A DNA stretch of 53,365 nucleotides from Candidatus Altiarchaeota archaeon (GTDB lineage: Archaea; Altiarchaeota; Altiarchaeia; IMC4; QMZM01). The stretch covers positions 1-53,365 of the forward strand of contig JAUWTD010000002.1 in the NCBI GenBank assembly GCA_030609775.1, written 5' to 3'. Below, piece by piece: positions 39,424 through 49,826 of this stretch. The stretch's first letter is position 1. Each line of letters starts with the position of its first letter. Both the position numbers and the translations under genes were made by a program. The notes beneath the pieces were generated by a model that was not told the DNA's origin, made no database searches, and saw nothing but the letters and a program-made list of their open reading frames with translations.

Positions 39424-40398
39424 TTAGAATTTACAGAGACTATATTTTTCTTCAAGCTTCTTCTTTAGATTCTCAATTATTTTTTCTCCCTCATGGCCAC
39501 GGATCTGCTTTGCATACTCAAAGTCTCGCATAAACATGTGTTTTGCACTTATCGCTGTTTCAGGAGACCTTATCTCTATCCCTCCAATAATATTCCTGTG
39601 CTCATCTCTCGTGTAAAGAAAGAACTCTCTAGGTTCGTATCTCTCAGGGATGAAGACATCCATTCCCTGCGGCTCCTTTAAATATCTGATATCAAGGTTG
39701 TTATGTGTTTCAATCTGATTCCAGAGTTGATCTATAATAATTTTACACTCCCTATATGCTTTCTTTGGATCTCCATAGGTTCTGAATGCATGATTAAATG
39801 GAAAATCTATATTTAATGTTGTTAAATAACACGCATGCAGTTCACCTCTCTTAAAGCAACGTTCCCAGACAAGGTCCGTATAGTTACTTATCCCTATCCC
39901 TGTAGTAAGTGGGTAAGTATATGCGATCGTGGGAAAATTTGATATCTTGTAAAATTTGTCTGCTGTCCTTAAAGATTTTGCAAGGGTGTTGTAAAACTCA
40001 TCATAGTTAAGATAAGACACTTTTGGTTTGGTTGTCTGGAGAACCGCCTTCTTAAAATATTGTTTTAGTTGCTCAGAGACTCTGTTAAATTCATTTAATT
40101 CCTCTATAAACCCCTCCTTTCTGCTCTGGAGGATAGAATATATGGCATCAAAGTTTACTGAATAAATTCCCTGCCCCCCCTTTGTTATCATGTTTTTTGA
40201 AATCAGCTGCCTTATCTGCCTGAAAAGATTTGACCTCTGAGGTGCTTTACCATATGCTTTCATGTATTCTTTCTCTATATTTTTTGGTGTTGTTCTCTCC
40301 CTTATAGCTTCTATTTTGTATATAGATAACAGGATACCAAACTGCTGCTCTGTGATGTCTAACCATACAGCCATTTTCTTAAGTTCATCGCATTTCAT
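39424..40398 (-). CDS. Putative winged-helix (TrmB-like?) DNA-binding protein
   Basis: The N-terminal about 90 aa look wHTH-like (FGILLSIYKIE...RSNLFRQIRQLISKNMITKGGQGIYSV), followed by a helical linker and an unassigned about 200-aa C-domain. Confidence 0.45.
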   Translation of the reverse strand: MKCDELKKMAVWLDITEQQFGILLSIYKIEAIRERTTPKNIEKEYMKAYGKAPQRSNLFRQIRQLISKNMITKGGQGIYSVNFDAIYSILQSRKEGFIEELNEFNRVSEQLKQYFKKAVLQTTKPKVSYLNYDEFYNTLAKSLRTADKFYKISNFPTIAYTYPLTTGIGISNYTDLVWERCFKRGELHACYLTTLNIDFPFNHAFRTYGDPKKAYRECKIIIDQLWNQIETHNNLDIRYLKEPQGMDVFIPERYEPREFFLYTRDEHRNIIGGIEIRSPETAISAKHMFMRDFEYAKQIRGHEGEKIIENLKKKLEEKYSLCKF

Positions 40399-40491
40399 TT
40401 TAATAGTCTTATATTGGATTCATATTTGATGTGATAATATGTGTGGTGGTATCATAGTTTACCATCCATGTATTTATAGTATCTAACATAA

Positions 40492-40531
40492 GTATAATTT
40501 AAACCTAGGTCGGTATAATTTAAACCTAGGT
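40492..40531 (+). repeat. Perfect 19-bp tandem duplication (GTATAATTTAAACCTAGGT twice, 21-bp period) upstream of the CBS gene
   Basis: Copies at 40492-40510 and 40513-40531. Each has a TATA-like TATAATTTAAA and a CCTAGG palindrome. The second copy ends 8 nt before ATG 40539. Confidence 0.7.
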
Positions 40532-40538
40532 GTTCACA

Positions 40539-40928
40539 ATGAATGTTAAAGACATCATGACAACCAATATAGTAAAGATCTCACCTGATGCAAACGTCAG
40601 GGATGCGATCAAAAAAATGCATTATAAGATGGTGACAAGCCTCTTTGTCGAAGGTGAAAACTACTCTGATTACGGCATAATAACAAGAAAGGATATAATC
40701 AATAAAGTAATAGCACAAAACAAAAAAATAGATAAAATAAGAGTTTCCTTAATAATGACTACTCCACTAATAACAGTTTCACAGGATAATTCAATAGAAT
40801 CCGTAGCCAACCTTATGGCAAAAACCAATATACGGCGATTTCCCGTCATACACGGAGATAAAATAATTGGACTAATATCAAATAGCGATATACTAAAAGC
40901 TTCAGTTTCGAGATGGGAGCAGATATAA
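40539..40928 (+). CDS. CBS-domain pair protein
   Basis: Two CBS repeats (VKDIMTTNIVKISPDANVRDAIKKM...; VSLIMTTPLITVSQDNSIESVANLMAKTNIRRFPVIHGDKIIGLISNSDIL). Start at ATG 40539; the track start at 40530 is GTG. Confidence 0.85.
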   Translation: MNVKDIMTTNIVKISPDANVRDAIKKMHYKMVTSLFVEGENYSDYGIITRKDIINKVIAQNKKIDKIRVSLIMTTPLITVSQDNSIESVANLMAKTNIRRFPVIHGDKIIGLISNSDILKASVSRWEQI

Positions 40929-40940
40929 AATAAAAAAAAT

Positions 40941-41099
40941 CTAAAGCTTTGTAATCCTCAATTCATTCTTACCTGAATCATACTCTAAGAGAACCTTATC
41001 CTTATTACCCAAATTCAACTCCTTGACAAGATCTTTAGGAATCGTTAATTGCCCTCCACCCCACGGAAGCTTATGGTATCTACCCACATCTCTTTTCAT
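40941..41099 (-). CDS. 52-aa AbrB/SpoVT (MazE-like) domain protein
   Basis: Too short for the ORF track. The product is MKRDVGRYHKLPWGGGQLTIPKDLVKELNLGNKDKVLLEYDSGKNELRITKL. The core GQLTIPKDLVKELNLGNKDKVLLEY matches the swapped-hairpin pattern (.vtIPkeir..lgl..GD.v.le). Confidence 0.6.
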   Translation of the reverse strand: MKRDVGRYHKLPWGGGQLTIPKDLVKELNLGNKDKVLLEYDSGKNELRITKL

Positions 41100-41349
41100 A
41101 CTAAAGTATATGTTTAAAGGTTTATAACCTACTTTATGTTTATGTGGTGTTCTATTCCACCCGATTACTTACACTTTTGGTTTGGAGTGTAAAAACAAGC
41201 AGGGGATTAGCAGAGATACTTTTTATTGTTATTGGCGCATGGTTCCAGTGTGAATGAGGGAAGGGTCTTTTAAATAAAGTCTCAGTAGGCCACCTTTTAA
41301 AAGTGTAAGTAACTTATATGATATATTTAATAAAGTGTAATTAAGTATT

Positions 41350-41952
41350 ATGGGTGCTGAATTCATGGATTTTGAAGTTATGGCTGTGGAAGTCAGAATA
41401 CTGCAAGCGTTGTGGTTCATCCTTCCTGCATATTTTGCCAATTCTATGCCTGTGCAGTTTTCCAAGATCAAGATCCTTGAAAAATATGGTAAACCAATTG
41501 ACCGAGGCAAATGCTGGCAGGGAATAAGGCTCTTAGGCGATGGGAAAACCTGGAGAGGGTTTTTCATAGGGATCATTTCAGGAACCGTGGTGGGCGCAAT
41601 TCTAACAATACTACAGCAAGATGCAACCTACTTTTTTAGTGAACTATTAAGCACACCTGAACTTGTGCTTCCACAGATGACTGTAGAACTTGCATTTATG
41701 CTGAGTTTTGGGACCATCATAGGTGATATGACTGCAAGCTTTATTAAAAGAAGAGTCGGTCTTAAATCAGGAGACCCTGCACCACTATTAGATCAACTTG
41801 ATTTTGTATTCGGAGCATTCTTCTTTTCTTGGCTTCTAACACGGGTTATAGACTATGATATGTTCTTTGTTATCGTTGTTATGACCCCGATGGTTCATAT
41901 AGCTGCAAACTTTCTTGCCTGGATATGGAAACTGAAGAGAAACCCTTGGTAG
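41350..41952 (+). CDS. carS: CDP-archaeol synthase
   Basis: LWFILPAYFANSMPV...GKPIDRGK...LLGDGKTWRGFFIGIISG...GDMTASFIKRRVGLKSGDPAPLLDQLDFV matches the DUF46/CarS family signature. Confidence 0.85.
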   Translation: MGAEFMDFEVMAVEVRILQALWFILPAYFANSMPVQFSKIKILEKYGKPIDRGKCWQGIRLLGDGKTWRGFFIGIISGTVVGAILTILQQDATYFFSELLSTPELVLPQMTVELAFMLSFGTIIGDMTASFIKRRVGLKSGDPAPLLDQLDFVFGAFFFSWLLTRVIDYDMFFVIVVMTPMVHIAANFLAWIWKLKRNPW

Positions 41953-42581
41953 ATGAGCTAAAAAAACTCTACAAAACAAAAAAGAAGGCAATACAGAAAC
42001 GCCTAAGCGACTTTGGTAAAATAGATACTGAACCGGAAAACGTATTATTTGCTGAACTCTGCTTCTGTCTTTGCACACCCCAGACAAAAGCGAAATTTGC
42101 ATGGTTTAATGCAATACATCCCCTGATGGAACGCGGAGGCCTACAAACCTACACTGAAAGCGAACTTGCTGATTTTCTAAGAAACACTGGAGTCAGATTC
42201 CATCACACGAAAGCGAAGCGAATCATCCAAGCAAGGGAACTGTTTAGGGCAGGTGGCATCAAGGAATTGCTTAATAGTTATGATAACTCAACTGACCTCA
42301 GAGACTTTCTTGAAGATGCTGTGAAAGGCTTTGGATTAAAGGAAGCAAGCCATTTCATTCGCAACATAGGCCGAGGAAACGACTTAGCCATCTTGGATAG
42401 GCACATACTCAAAAATCTTGTGTCTTTGGGAGTCATAGACAAGATGCCAAAAAACCTCACCAAGAGACGATACCTTGAAATAGAAGAGGAGATGAGAACA
42501 TTCTCCAATGAAATACAGATTCCCTTAGCTGAGTTAGATCTGCTCTTGTGGTTTAAGGAAACCGGAGAAATATTTAAGTAA
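41925..42581 (+). CDS. N-glycosylase/DNA lyase (archaeal Ogg2-type 8-oxoguanine glycosylase, HhH-GPD)
   Basis: FAELCFCLCTPQTKA, GVRFHHTKAKRI and the HhH motif GFGLKEASHFIRNIGRGNDLAILDRHILK. Overlaps carS by 28 nt. Confidence 0.8.
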   Translation: METEEKPLVDELKKLYKTKKKAIQKRLSDFGKIDTEPENVLFAELCFCLCTPQTKAKFAWFNAIHPLMERGGLQTYTESELADFLRNTGVRFHHTKAKRIIQARELFRAGGIKELLNSYDNSTDLRDFLEDAVKGFGLKEASHFIRNIGRGNDLAILDRHILKNLVSLGVIDKMPKNLTKRRYLEIEEEMRTFSNEIQIPLAELDLLLWFKETGEIFK

Positions 42582-42582
42582 A

Positions 42583-43368
42583 ATGGAAATTCAAATAGCA
42601 CATATATCGGACATACATGTTGGCAAGGTAAACTTTATGCAGGATATGCTTGAAAGCTGCATACATGAGGTTAACGAAATAGACCCTGATCTTCTTGTTT
42701 TAAGCGGTGATTTGACGGGCTTCGGGTTCAAGGAAGAATATAAGAAAGCTGATGAATATGTGCGCTGCTTTAAACAAAAAAAACTCATAGTCCCCGGAAA
42801 CCATGACGCAAGATACCGAGGCGACTTATATTTTGAAAAATACTTTGGATACGGGAACACTGTCTTGAAGGTTTCAGATGATTTAACTCTCATAGGATTA
42901 GACAGCACCATACCCGACCTTGATGAAGGGGCCATCGGAAGAGGAAAACAACGTTGGCTTAAAAAACAACTTAAAAAAATCCCTGAGGAAAGCCTAAAGA
43001 TTGTTGTACTCCACCATCACCTGATTCCAATACCTATGACTGGACGAGAACGGTCTGTTCTAAATGATGCGGGAGATGTTTTGAGAATACTTGTTGAGGA
43101 AGGGGTTGACGTTGTTCTCTCAGGGCACCGCCATACACCCTACTCATGGTTTCTTAACAATATGGCAATAATCACTGCAGGATCACCGTCCACAGAAAAA
43201 GTCAGAGCCACAATACCTCAAAGCTACAACCTTATAAAAATAACAGATAACTGGATCGAAGTCAAAGTCAAAGAAATCCACGGAAAAGAGAGGCTGATGT
43301 CAAAATACAGGCGAGTCAAGGGCAGACTAGAGTTCCCGCTCAAAAAACTCATTTCATCTCACCCCTAA
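42583..43368 (+). CDS. Calcineurin-like metallophosphoesterase
   Basis: IAHISDIHVG, LSGDLTG, PGNHD, VVLHHHL and SGHRHTP. Confidence 0.85.
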   Translation: MEIQIAHISDIHVGKVNFMQDMLESCIHEVNEIDPDLLVLSGDLTGFGFKEEYKKADEYVRCFKQKKLIVPGNHDARYRGDLYFEKYFGYGNTVLKVSDDLTLIGLDSTIPDLDEGAIGRGKQRWLKKQLKKIPEESLKIVVLHHHLIPIPMTGRERSVLNDAGDVLRILVEEGVDVVLSGHRHTPYSWFLNNMAIITAGSPSTEKVRATIPQSYNLIKITDNWIEVKVKEIHGKERLMSKYRRVKGRLEFPLKKLISSHP

Positions 43369-43566
43369 AATCTGACCTACAAGATGAATGCTGCTGCAGT
43401 TACTATTCTTTTTGGAATCAAGAGATACAACGGAGAAATGGACAAAAAAATAAGAGCCGAAATAGACACCCTCTGCGACAAAACAATAACTATCTACTTT
43501 TTTTACTGCATGCATTTAATTCTATATCCTTCCTATTATATTCTTCTATTAAATATTTTTGTATAG

Positions 43567-43640
43567 GGGCCTGTGGGGTAGTTTGGATATCCTGGGGGAC
43601 TTCGGATCCCCGGACCTGGGTTCGAATCCCAGCAGGTCCG
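43567..43640 (+). tRNA. tRNA-Arg (anticodon UCG)
   Basis: Acceptor GGGCCUG/CAGGUCC, anticodon arm GGGGA-CUUCGGA-UCCCC, and T arm CUGGG-UUCGAAU-CCCAG. The exact D-arm register was not resolved by hand. Confidence 0.85.
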
Positions 43641-43665
43641 TTACACTCTTTTTCACACTACAAAA

Positions 43666-44295
43666 ATGAGGTTAGACATACACACCCACACACGCTACTC
43701 TGACGGAGCCAATACCGTAGAAGAAATGGTTGCCTATGCTAAAAAGATTGGTTTAGATGGGATAGCAGTAACCGACCACGACACAATCAAAGGCGGCATA
43801 CGGGCTCTAAGGTATGCTACAGAAGATTTTATTGTAATTCCTGGAATCGAGGTTTCGTCCCTGGATGGCCATATACTTGTTTTAAATGTTACAGAACACA
43901 TAGATGCCCAAATCCCTGCATCCGCTGTGGTGGAGAGAGCACACGCACTCGGAGGAATCGCGATAGCAGCCCACCCCTACGATAGCATACGTTCAGGGGT
44001 AGGTGACTTAATACATAAACTAGATTTTGATGCAGTTGAAGTAATTAACGGACACACATTACATGCTTCACGGAACACCCGAAAAGCCGCAGAAAAAGCC
44101 AACCTGCCAAAGGTAGGTGGAAGCGACGCACATTCTATATGGGAGCTGGATACAGTATCAATAATTGTTGACTCTGATCCAATAGAATCCATATTATCTG
44201 ATAAAATAAAAATAGTTTCAAACATAAATAAAAAAAAAATATTTTATGGAATGGTGAAGAGACGGATACAGAGACTGCTGTCGACTATTTATTAA
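43666..44295 (+). CDS. PHP-domain metal-dependent phosphoesterase
   Basis: LDIHTHTRYSDG, IAVTDHDT, AAHP and GGSDAHS. Confidence 0.85.
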   Translation: MRLDIHTHTRYSDGANTVEEMVAYAKKIGLDGIAVTDHDTIKGGIRALRYATEDFIVIPGIEVSSLDGHILVLNVTEHIDAQIPASAVVERAHALGGIAIAAHPYDSIRSGVGDLIHKLDFDAVEVINGHTLHASRNTRKAAEKANLPKVGGSDAHSIWELDTVSIIVDSDPIESILSDKIKIVSNINKKKIFYGMVKRRIQRLLSTIY

Positions 44296-44322
44296 TTCCC
44301 ACATAATCTATTATACTCCAAG

Positions 44323-45369
44323 ATGAAGCTCAAGGTAGGTATATTAGGGGCCACTGGGATGGTCGGTCAAAGATTCATAGAGCAATTGAATGATCACCCC
44401 TGGTTTAAGATAGAGGCGTTATGTGCCTCAGAGCGAAGCGCAGGCAAAAAATATTCTGAGGCTGCTAACTGGTATCTTGAAAGCAGGATCCCTGACGAGA
44501 TAGCGGACATGACTGTAGAAAAAATTGATCCCGCGGTTTCTGACCGACTTGATTTCGTGTTCTCGGCAATACCTTCAGATATTGCAAAAGACATAGAAGG
44601 CGGCTTTGCAAAACATATACCTGTATTTTCGAATACTGCAACCTACCGGATGGATGAAGACATACCCTTAGCCATCCCCGAAGTGAATCCAGACCACCTC
44701 AACTTAGTTAATGTCCAAAAAGAAAACCGGGGCTGGGAGGGGTTCATTGTTACAAACCCCAATTGCACAACGATAGGTTTCATAACACCACTTAAACCAA
44801 TAATGGATGCGTTCGGGATAGATTGGGTTAATCTTGCAACCATGCAGGCACTCTCTGGCGCAGGATACGCCGGAGTACCCTCAATGGCTATAATTGACAA
44901 TGTTATACCCTTCATAAAAAATGAAGAAGAAAAAGCAGAGCTTGAAGGACTCAAGATCCTAGGCCAACTCAGAGACAACAAAATAAAGTTCGCAGACTTT
45001 GACGTCTTTGCATCATGCAACAGGGTCATGGTAAGAAACGGCCACACAGAGGCAGTATTCGTCCGAACCCAGGAAGACTTTAGGATAGAAGATGTAAAAG
45101 AGGAATTTTCATCATTCAAAGGAGAACCTCAAAAACTCAATCTCCCAACAGCTCCAGAGCAGCCAGTAATAGTTATGGGTGAAGAAGACCGCCCGCAACC
45201 AGCCCTAGACCGGGATCTGGGAGATGGAATGAGTATATCTGTAGGCAGGATAAGGAAGAAAAAAGAAAAACTACTTAAATTCACTTGCTTAAGCCACAAC
45301 ACAATAAGGGGTGCTGCCGGAGCAAGCGTACTCAACGCAGAGCTTGCACGCGCAATGAAGTTAATCTAA
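44323..45369 (+). CDS. asd: Aspartate-semialdehyde dehydrogenase
   Basis: [13 protein letters not shown], the active-site region [16 protein letters not shown] and a C-terminal [11 protein letters not shown]. Confidence 0.93.
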   Translation: MKLKVGILGATGMVGQRFIEQLNDHPWFKIEALCASERSAGKKYSEAANWYLESRIPDEIADMTVEKIDPAVSDRLDFVFSAIPSDIAKDIEGGFAKHIPVFSNTATYRMDEDIPLAIPEVNPDHLNLVNVQKENRGWEGFIVTNPNCTTIGFITPLKPIMDAFGIDWVNLATMQALSGAGYAGVPSMAIIDNVIPFIKNEEEKAELEGLKILGQLRDNKIKFADFDVFASCNRVMVRNGHTEAVFVRTQEDFRIEDVKEEFSSFKGEPQKLNLPTAPEQPVIVMGEEDRPQPALDRDLGDGMSISVGRIRKKKEKLLKFTCLSHNTIRGAAGASVLNAELARAMKLI

Positions 45370-45395
45370 CTATTATTTCTTGATGGTGATATAAA

Positions 45396-45890
45396 ATGAG
45401 TAAAGCAAATGTCGATGAGGAAATACTTAAACTGCTTGAAGAAGATGCACGGATTACGGTTTCTGAAATAGCCCAGATGCTTGATATATCCAATAAAGAA
45501 GTCGAAGAAAAAATATCCTTGTTTAAGAAGACAAATATAATAAGGAAATTTAAGGCAATAATCGACTGGAAAAAGAAAGGCAAATCTAGGTCTACTGCAA
45601 TCATACAAGTAAAGGTGGTGCCGCAACAACGGGCGGGATTCTCACAGATATGTGAAGAAATATCAAAGGATTCACGGGTTAAAGACCTCTATGTTGCAAC
45701 AGGAGAATATGACATAATTATGCTGGTGGAGGCATCAAACATAGATGAGATAAGTGAGTTTGTGACAGAGAAACTGGCGCCGAAAAAAGATGTAGTCGGA
45801 ACCTACACCCACATTGTTCTCGAGGAATATAAACGCGACGGATTCAAATCATTTGAAGATAAGTCAAAGAGGTTAAAGGTTAGCATATGA
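45396..45890 (+). CDS. Lrp/AsnC family transcriptional regulator
   Basis: N-terminal HTH ILKLLEEDARITVSEIAQMLDISNKEVEEKI, plus a C-terminal RAM/AsnC_trans_reg-like domain. Confidence 0.85.
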   Translation: MSKANVDEEILKLLEEDARITVSEIAQMLDISNKEVEEKISLFKKTNIIRKFKAIIDWKKKGKSRSTAIIQVKVVPQQRAGFSQICEEISKDSRVKDLYVATGEYDIIMLVEASNIDEISEFVTEKLAPKKDVVGTYTHIVLEEYKRDGFKSFEDKSKRLKVSI

Positions 45891-45899
45891 CCCAACAGA

Positions 45900-47054
45900 A
45901 TGATTGCGAGAAGAGTTAATGAAATCCCGTTTTCAGGAATAAGAAAATTTTTTGATCTGGTTATGGGAAGTAAAGACGTAATCAGCCTCGGCGTCGGAGA
46001 ACCGGATTTTCCCACACCTGAGCCTTTGAAGGATGCTGCAATAAGGGCAATCGAAAACGACTACACCTCTTATACGTCAAACTATGGAATACCTGAATTA
46101 AGAGAAGAGATCTCAGAGAAACTAAAAGTCCGGAATAAAATCAACAGAAACCCTAAAGACGAAATCCTTATCACAAGCGGAGTCAGCCAGGGACTGGATC
46201 TTGCAGTACGGGCAATAACTGATCCTGGAGATGAGATCCTTATTCCTGAACCCTGCTATGTATCCTACAACTCAAATGTATGGTTCGCCCACGGCAAACC
46301 TATATCTGTGCCAACCTATGAGGAAAACGCTTTTCGTGTGAAAGCAGAGGATATAAAAAAGAGGCTGACAAAAAAAACAAAAGGAATCCTTATTTCAACA
46401 CCAAACAATCCCACTGGTAGCGTGCTTAAGAAAAAAGACCTTGAAGAAATCGCAGACATAGCAATAGAAAACAAACTTGCCGTAATATCAGATGAAATCT
46501 ATGAAGACCTCATCTACGACAACGAAAAACATCATTCAATAGCTTCCTTAAATGGCATGGAAGATGCCACAATAACCCTAAATGGATACTCAAAGCCTTA
46601 CGCATTCACCGGCTGGAGACTAGGTTATGCTGCAGGAAACCCTGAATTCATCGAAGCGATGATGAAAATACACCAATACGCACAAATATGTGCTCCATCA
46701 ATATCACAGTATGCTGCATTAGGTGCATTCGAGCTTGAGGAATACGTAAAAGACATGGTCAGAAGCTACGACCTAAGGCGGAGGCTGCTTGTAAAGGGAT
46801 TGAATTCACTGCCGAATATATCCTGCATAACACCCAAAGGAGCATTCTATGCCTTCCCAAACATAAAAGATACAAATCTTTCGTCTGCAGAGTTTGCAGA
46901 ACGCCTTCTGAAAGAGGCAGGGGTCGCAGTCATTCCAGGGGATGCGTTCGGGGAATCCGGGGAAGGATACATCCGATGCGCCTACTGTGTTTCACGAGAA
47001 GATATCACAGAGGCACTAGATAAGATAAACCGATTCGCAGAGAGATTACCATGA
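45900..47054 (+). CDS. Class I/II pyridoxal-phosphate aminotransferase (aspartate aminotransferase-like)
   Basis: [17 protein letters not shown] and the PLP-lysine region [14 protein letters not shown]. Located next to asd and an Lrp regulator. Confidence 0.9.
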   Translation: MIARRVNEIPFSGIRKFFDLVMGSKDVISLGVGEPDFPTPEPLKDAAIRAIENDYTSYTSNYGIPELREEISEKLKVRNKINRNPKDEILITSGVSQGLDLAVRAITDPGDEILIPEPCYVSYNSNVWFAHGKPISVPTYEENAFRVKAEDIKKRLTKKTKGILISTPNNPTGSVLKKKDLEEIADIAIENKLAVISDEIYEDLIYDNEKHHSIASLNGMEDATITLNGYSKPYAFTGWRLGYAAGNPEFIEAMMKIHQYAQICAPSISQYAALGAFELEEYVKDMVRSYDLRRRLLVKGLNSLPNISCITPKGAFYAFPNIKDTNLSSAEFAERLLKEAGVAVIPGDAFGESGEGYIRCAYCVSREDITEALDKINRFAERLP

Positions 47055-49825
47055 CACAAGACTTCGATTTAAAAAAGATAGAAGAACACTGGGTCAACAA
47101 ATGGCGTGATGACGAAGTCTTCAAAGCAAAACCTGACAAAAGAAAAAAATTCTATCTGACAGTAGCATACCCCTACCCCTCAGGAAGCATGCACGTAGGC
47201 CACGGAAGAACATATACAGTACCCGACGTTATAGCACGATTCAAGAGAATGCAAGGATACAATGTTTTGTTTCCTATGGCATGGCATGTTACCGGAAGCC
47301 CCGTACTTGGAATAGCTGAGAGAATAAAGAAAAAAGACGCCAAGGCATTAAAACTCTACGGTGAATTATACAAGGTTCCCCAAAAGATTCTGGATACATT
47401 CACCAAACCAGAAAATATTGTTAAATACTTTTCAGAAGAATACAAAAAAAACATGACCCTAATGGGGTACTCAATAGACTGGGATAGAGAATTCCTGACA
47501 ACAACTCCCCAATATAGCAGATTCATTGAATGGCAATACCATACCCTACATAAAAAAGACCTTATCCGAAAAGGAGAACATCCCGTCAGATACTGCCCCC
47601 GATGCGATAACCCGGTAGGAGACCACGACCTCCTGGAAGGAGAAAATGCAACAATAAACGAATTCACTATAATAAAATTCATGTGCGACGACATCGTTCT
47701 ACCTGCAGCAACACTCCGACCCGAAACAATTTTCGGTGTCACAAACATGTGGCTAAATTCCGACATAGACTACGTGAAAACAAAAGTCGAAGACGAGACA
47801 TGGCTTCTAAGCAAAGAGGCAGCAGAAAAACTCAAAAACGCAGGCAAAAGAGTTGAAGTAATAGGGGTGATAAAGGGAAAGGAATTCATCGGCAAATCCT
47901 GCACGAGCCCATTTAATGATACAGTTCCCATATTGCCTGCACCCTTCGTTGACCCAGACTATGCAACCGGCGTTGTTATGTCGGTTCCAGCCCACGCACC
48001 CTACGACTACATAGCATTAAGAGACATGGAAAGCGATATCAAACCAATCTCAATAATCAAAACAAGTGAAGGCGGAAACATACCAGCCAAAGACATAATA
48101 GAGGACCTGAAGATAATTAACCAAAAAGATAAAAAACTCGAAGAAGCAACAGAAACACTCTACAGGATAGAGCACGCCAAAGGAGTCATGAAAGAAACAA
48201 TCAAAGACTACGGCGGAATGCTTGTGCGAGAGGTAAAAGAAGAACTCACACAAAAACTTATCAAAGAAGGTAAAGGCACTATATTCTACGAATTCTCACA
48301 AAAACCCGTAGTATGCAGATGCGGCACAAAATGCTTTATAAAACTACTCAAAGACCAATGGTTCCTTGAATACAGCAACCCGGACTGGAAAAAGAAAGCC
48401 CACCAAAGCATAAACGAAATGAATATCATCCCAGAAGAGACCAAACAAAATTTTTCCTATTTCATAGACTGGCTAAAAGACTGGGCATGCACTAGAAGAG
48501 TAGGTTTAGGCACAAAACTGCCATGGGATGAAGACTGGCTAATAGAACCCCTAAGCGACTCCACAATATATATGTCATACTACACAATATCACCGCAGCT
48601 TAAGGACATAAACCCGGAAAAACTCAAACCAGGGTTCTTTGACTATATTCTTCTAGGGAAAGGCAACATACAAGATGTAGCAGATACATGCAAAATAGAT
48701 CCAGAGAAACTGCAGAAAATACAAGACGAGTTCAGGTACTGGTATCCTTCCGAGTGGAGGCTTTCTGCAAAAGATCTTGTAGGCAACCACCTAACATTCC
48801 ACGTATTCCATCACACAGCAATATTCCCTGAAAAATATTGGCCTAAAGGAATCGTTGTTTTTGGAATGGGTCTCTCTGAAGGGGAAAAAATGTCTTCATC
48901 AAAAGGCAATATAATACTCTTAAGTGATGTGATCGAGAGATATGGAAGCGATGCGGTGAGGCTTTTTTTGATGGGTAATGCAGAACCCTGGCAGGACTTC
49001 GACTGGAGAGAGACGCTTATCAAAAACACTTCAAAAAAACTCAAACAATTCCATAACCAAATCAACTATGCATTCAACCTGGAAAACGATATATCTTTGA
49101 GAGATATCGATAGATGGATGATGAGCCGGATTGAAGAATCAATAAAAGACACAGTTGAAGCACTTGACCGATTCCAGACAAGAAAAGCCCTACAGTCCGC
49201 ATTCTTTAACCTGCTCAACGACTTATTATGGTATAAGAGACGCTGCAAACCCAACTCAAAAATCACAAAAGACCTTGCAGACAAATGGGTGAGGCTTATG
49301 GCCCCGTTCACGCCCTTCATATGTGAACAACTATGGTCCCAGATACCTGGAAAAAACAGTATCGTTTCCCTTGCATCCTATCCTCTACCGGACCTGGAAA
49401 AAATCAATCCAGTAACCATACAGAAAGAACAGACCCTAAAAGGCATCCTACGCGACATACAAAACATACTAGATGTTACCTGCGTAAAACCTAACAAAAT
49501 CCACTTATATCCTGCACCCGAATGGAAACGGAAGCTATTCAACCTACTCAAGGAAGGGAAAACCATCAACGACGCGATGAAGGACACCCAGATAAGAGCG
49601 AACGGAAAAATCGCAGCAAACATAATAAAGAAAACAATAAAAGAAGAGATCCCAGAAATTGTATTAACCCTAGATGAGGAATATACTGCATTATCTAATG
49701 CAAAAGAATTCCTCAAAAAAGAATTCAAATCAGACATAATAATACATAAAACACCCGGATACGACCCAGAAAACAAGGAAAAAAACGCCAAACCCATGAA
49801 ACCCGGAATCTATATAGAAGACTAA
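47051..49825 (+). CDS. leuS: Leucyl-tRNA synthetase (archaeal type)
   Basis: HIGH motif [18 protein letters not shown] motif [10 protein letters not shown], and CP1 editing insert. Overlaps the aminotransferase stop by 4 nt. Confidence 0.95.
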   Translation: MTQDFDLKKIEEHWVNKWRDDEVFKAKPDKRKKFYLTVAYPYPSGSMHVGHGRTYTVPDVIARFKRMQGYNVLFPMAWHVTGSPVLGIAERIKKKDAKALKLYGELYKVPQKILDTFTKPENIVKYFSEEYKKNMTLMGYSIDWDREFLTTTPQYSRFIEWQYHTLHKKDLIRKGEHPVRYCPRCDNPVGDHDLLEGENATINEFTIIKFMCDDIVLPAATLRPETIFGVTNMWLNSDIDYVKTKVEDETWLLSKEAAEKLKNAGKRVEVIGVIKGKEFIGKSCTSPFNDTVPILPAPFVDPDYATGVVMSVPAHAPYDYIALRDMESDIKPISIIKTSEGGNIPAKDIIEDLKIINQKDKKLEEATETLYRIEHAKGVMKETIKDYGGMLVREVKEELTQKLIKEGKGTIFYEFSQKPVVCRCGTKCFIKLLKDQWFLEYSNPDWKKKAHQSINEMNIIPEETKQNFSYFIDWLKDWACTRRVGLGTKLPWDEDWLIEPLSDSTIYMSYYTISPQLKDINPEKLKPGFFDYILLGKGNIQDVADTCKIDPEKLQKIQDEFRYWYPSEWRLSAKDLVGNHLTFHVFHHTAIFPEKYWPKGIVVFGMGLSEGEKMSSSKGNIILLSDVIERYGSDAVRLFLMGNAEPWQDFDWRETLIKNTSKKLKQFHNQINYAFNLENDISLRDIDRWMMSRIEESIKDTVEALDRFQTRKALQSAFFNLLNDLLWYKRRCKPNSKITKDLADKWVRLMAPFTPFICEQLWSQIPGKNSIVSLASYPLPDLEKINPVTIQKEQTLKGILRDIQNILDVTCVKPNKIHLYPAPEWKRKLFNLLKEGKTINDAMKDTQIRANGKIAANIIKKTIKEEIPEIVLTLDEEYTALSNAKEFLKKEFKSDIIIHKTPGYDPENKEKNAKPMKPGIYIED

Positions 49826-49826
49826 T

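Noticed and set aside
41229-41576. A 115-aa minus-strand ORF.
   Set aside because: It overlaps the 5' part of carS (clear CarS motifs on the + strand) and the intergenic inverted-repeat region.
43384-43566. A 60-aa + strand ORF upstream of tRNA-Arg.
   Set aside because: Its C-terminal half is a low-complexity translation of AT-rich promoter-like DNA (IYFFYCMHLILYPSYYILLLNIFV), and it ends exactly where the tRNA begins. It is probably the tRNA promoter region.
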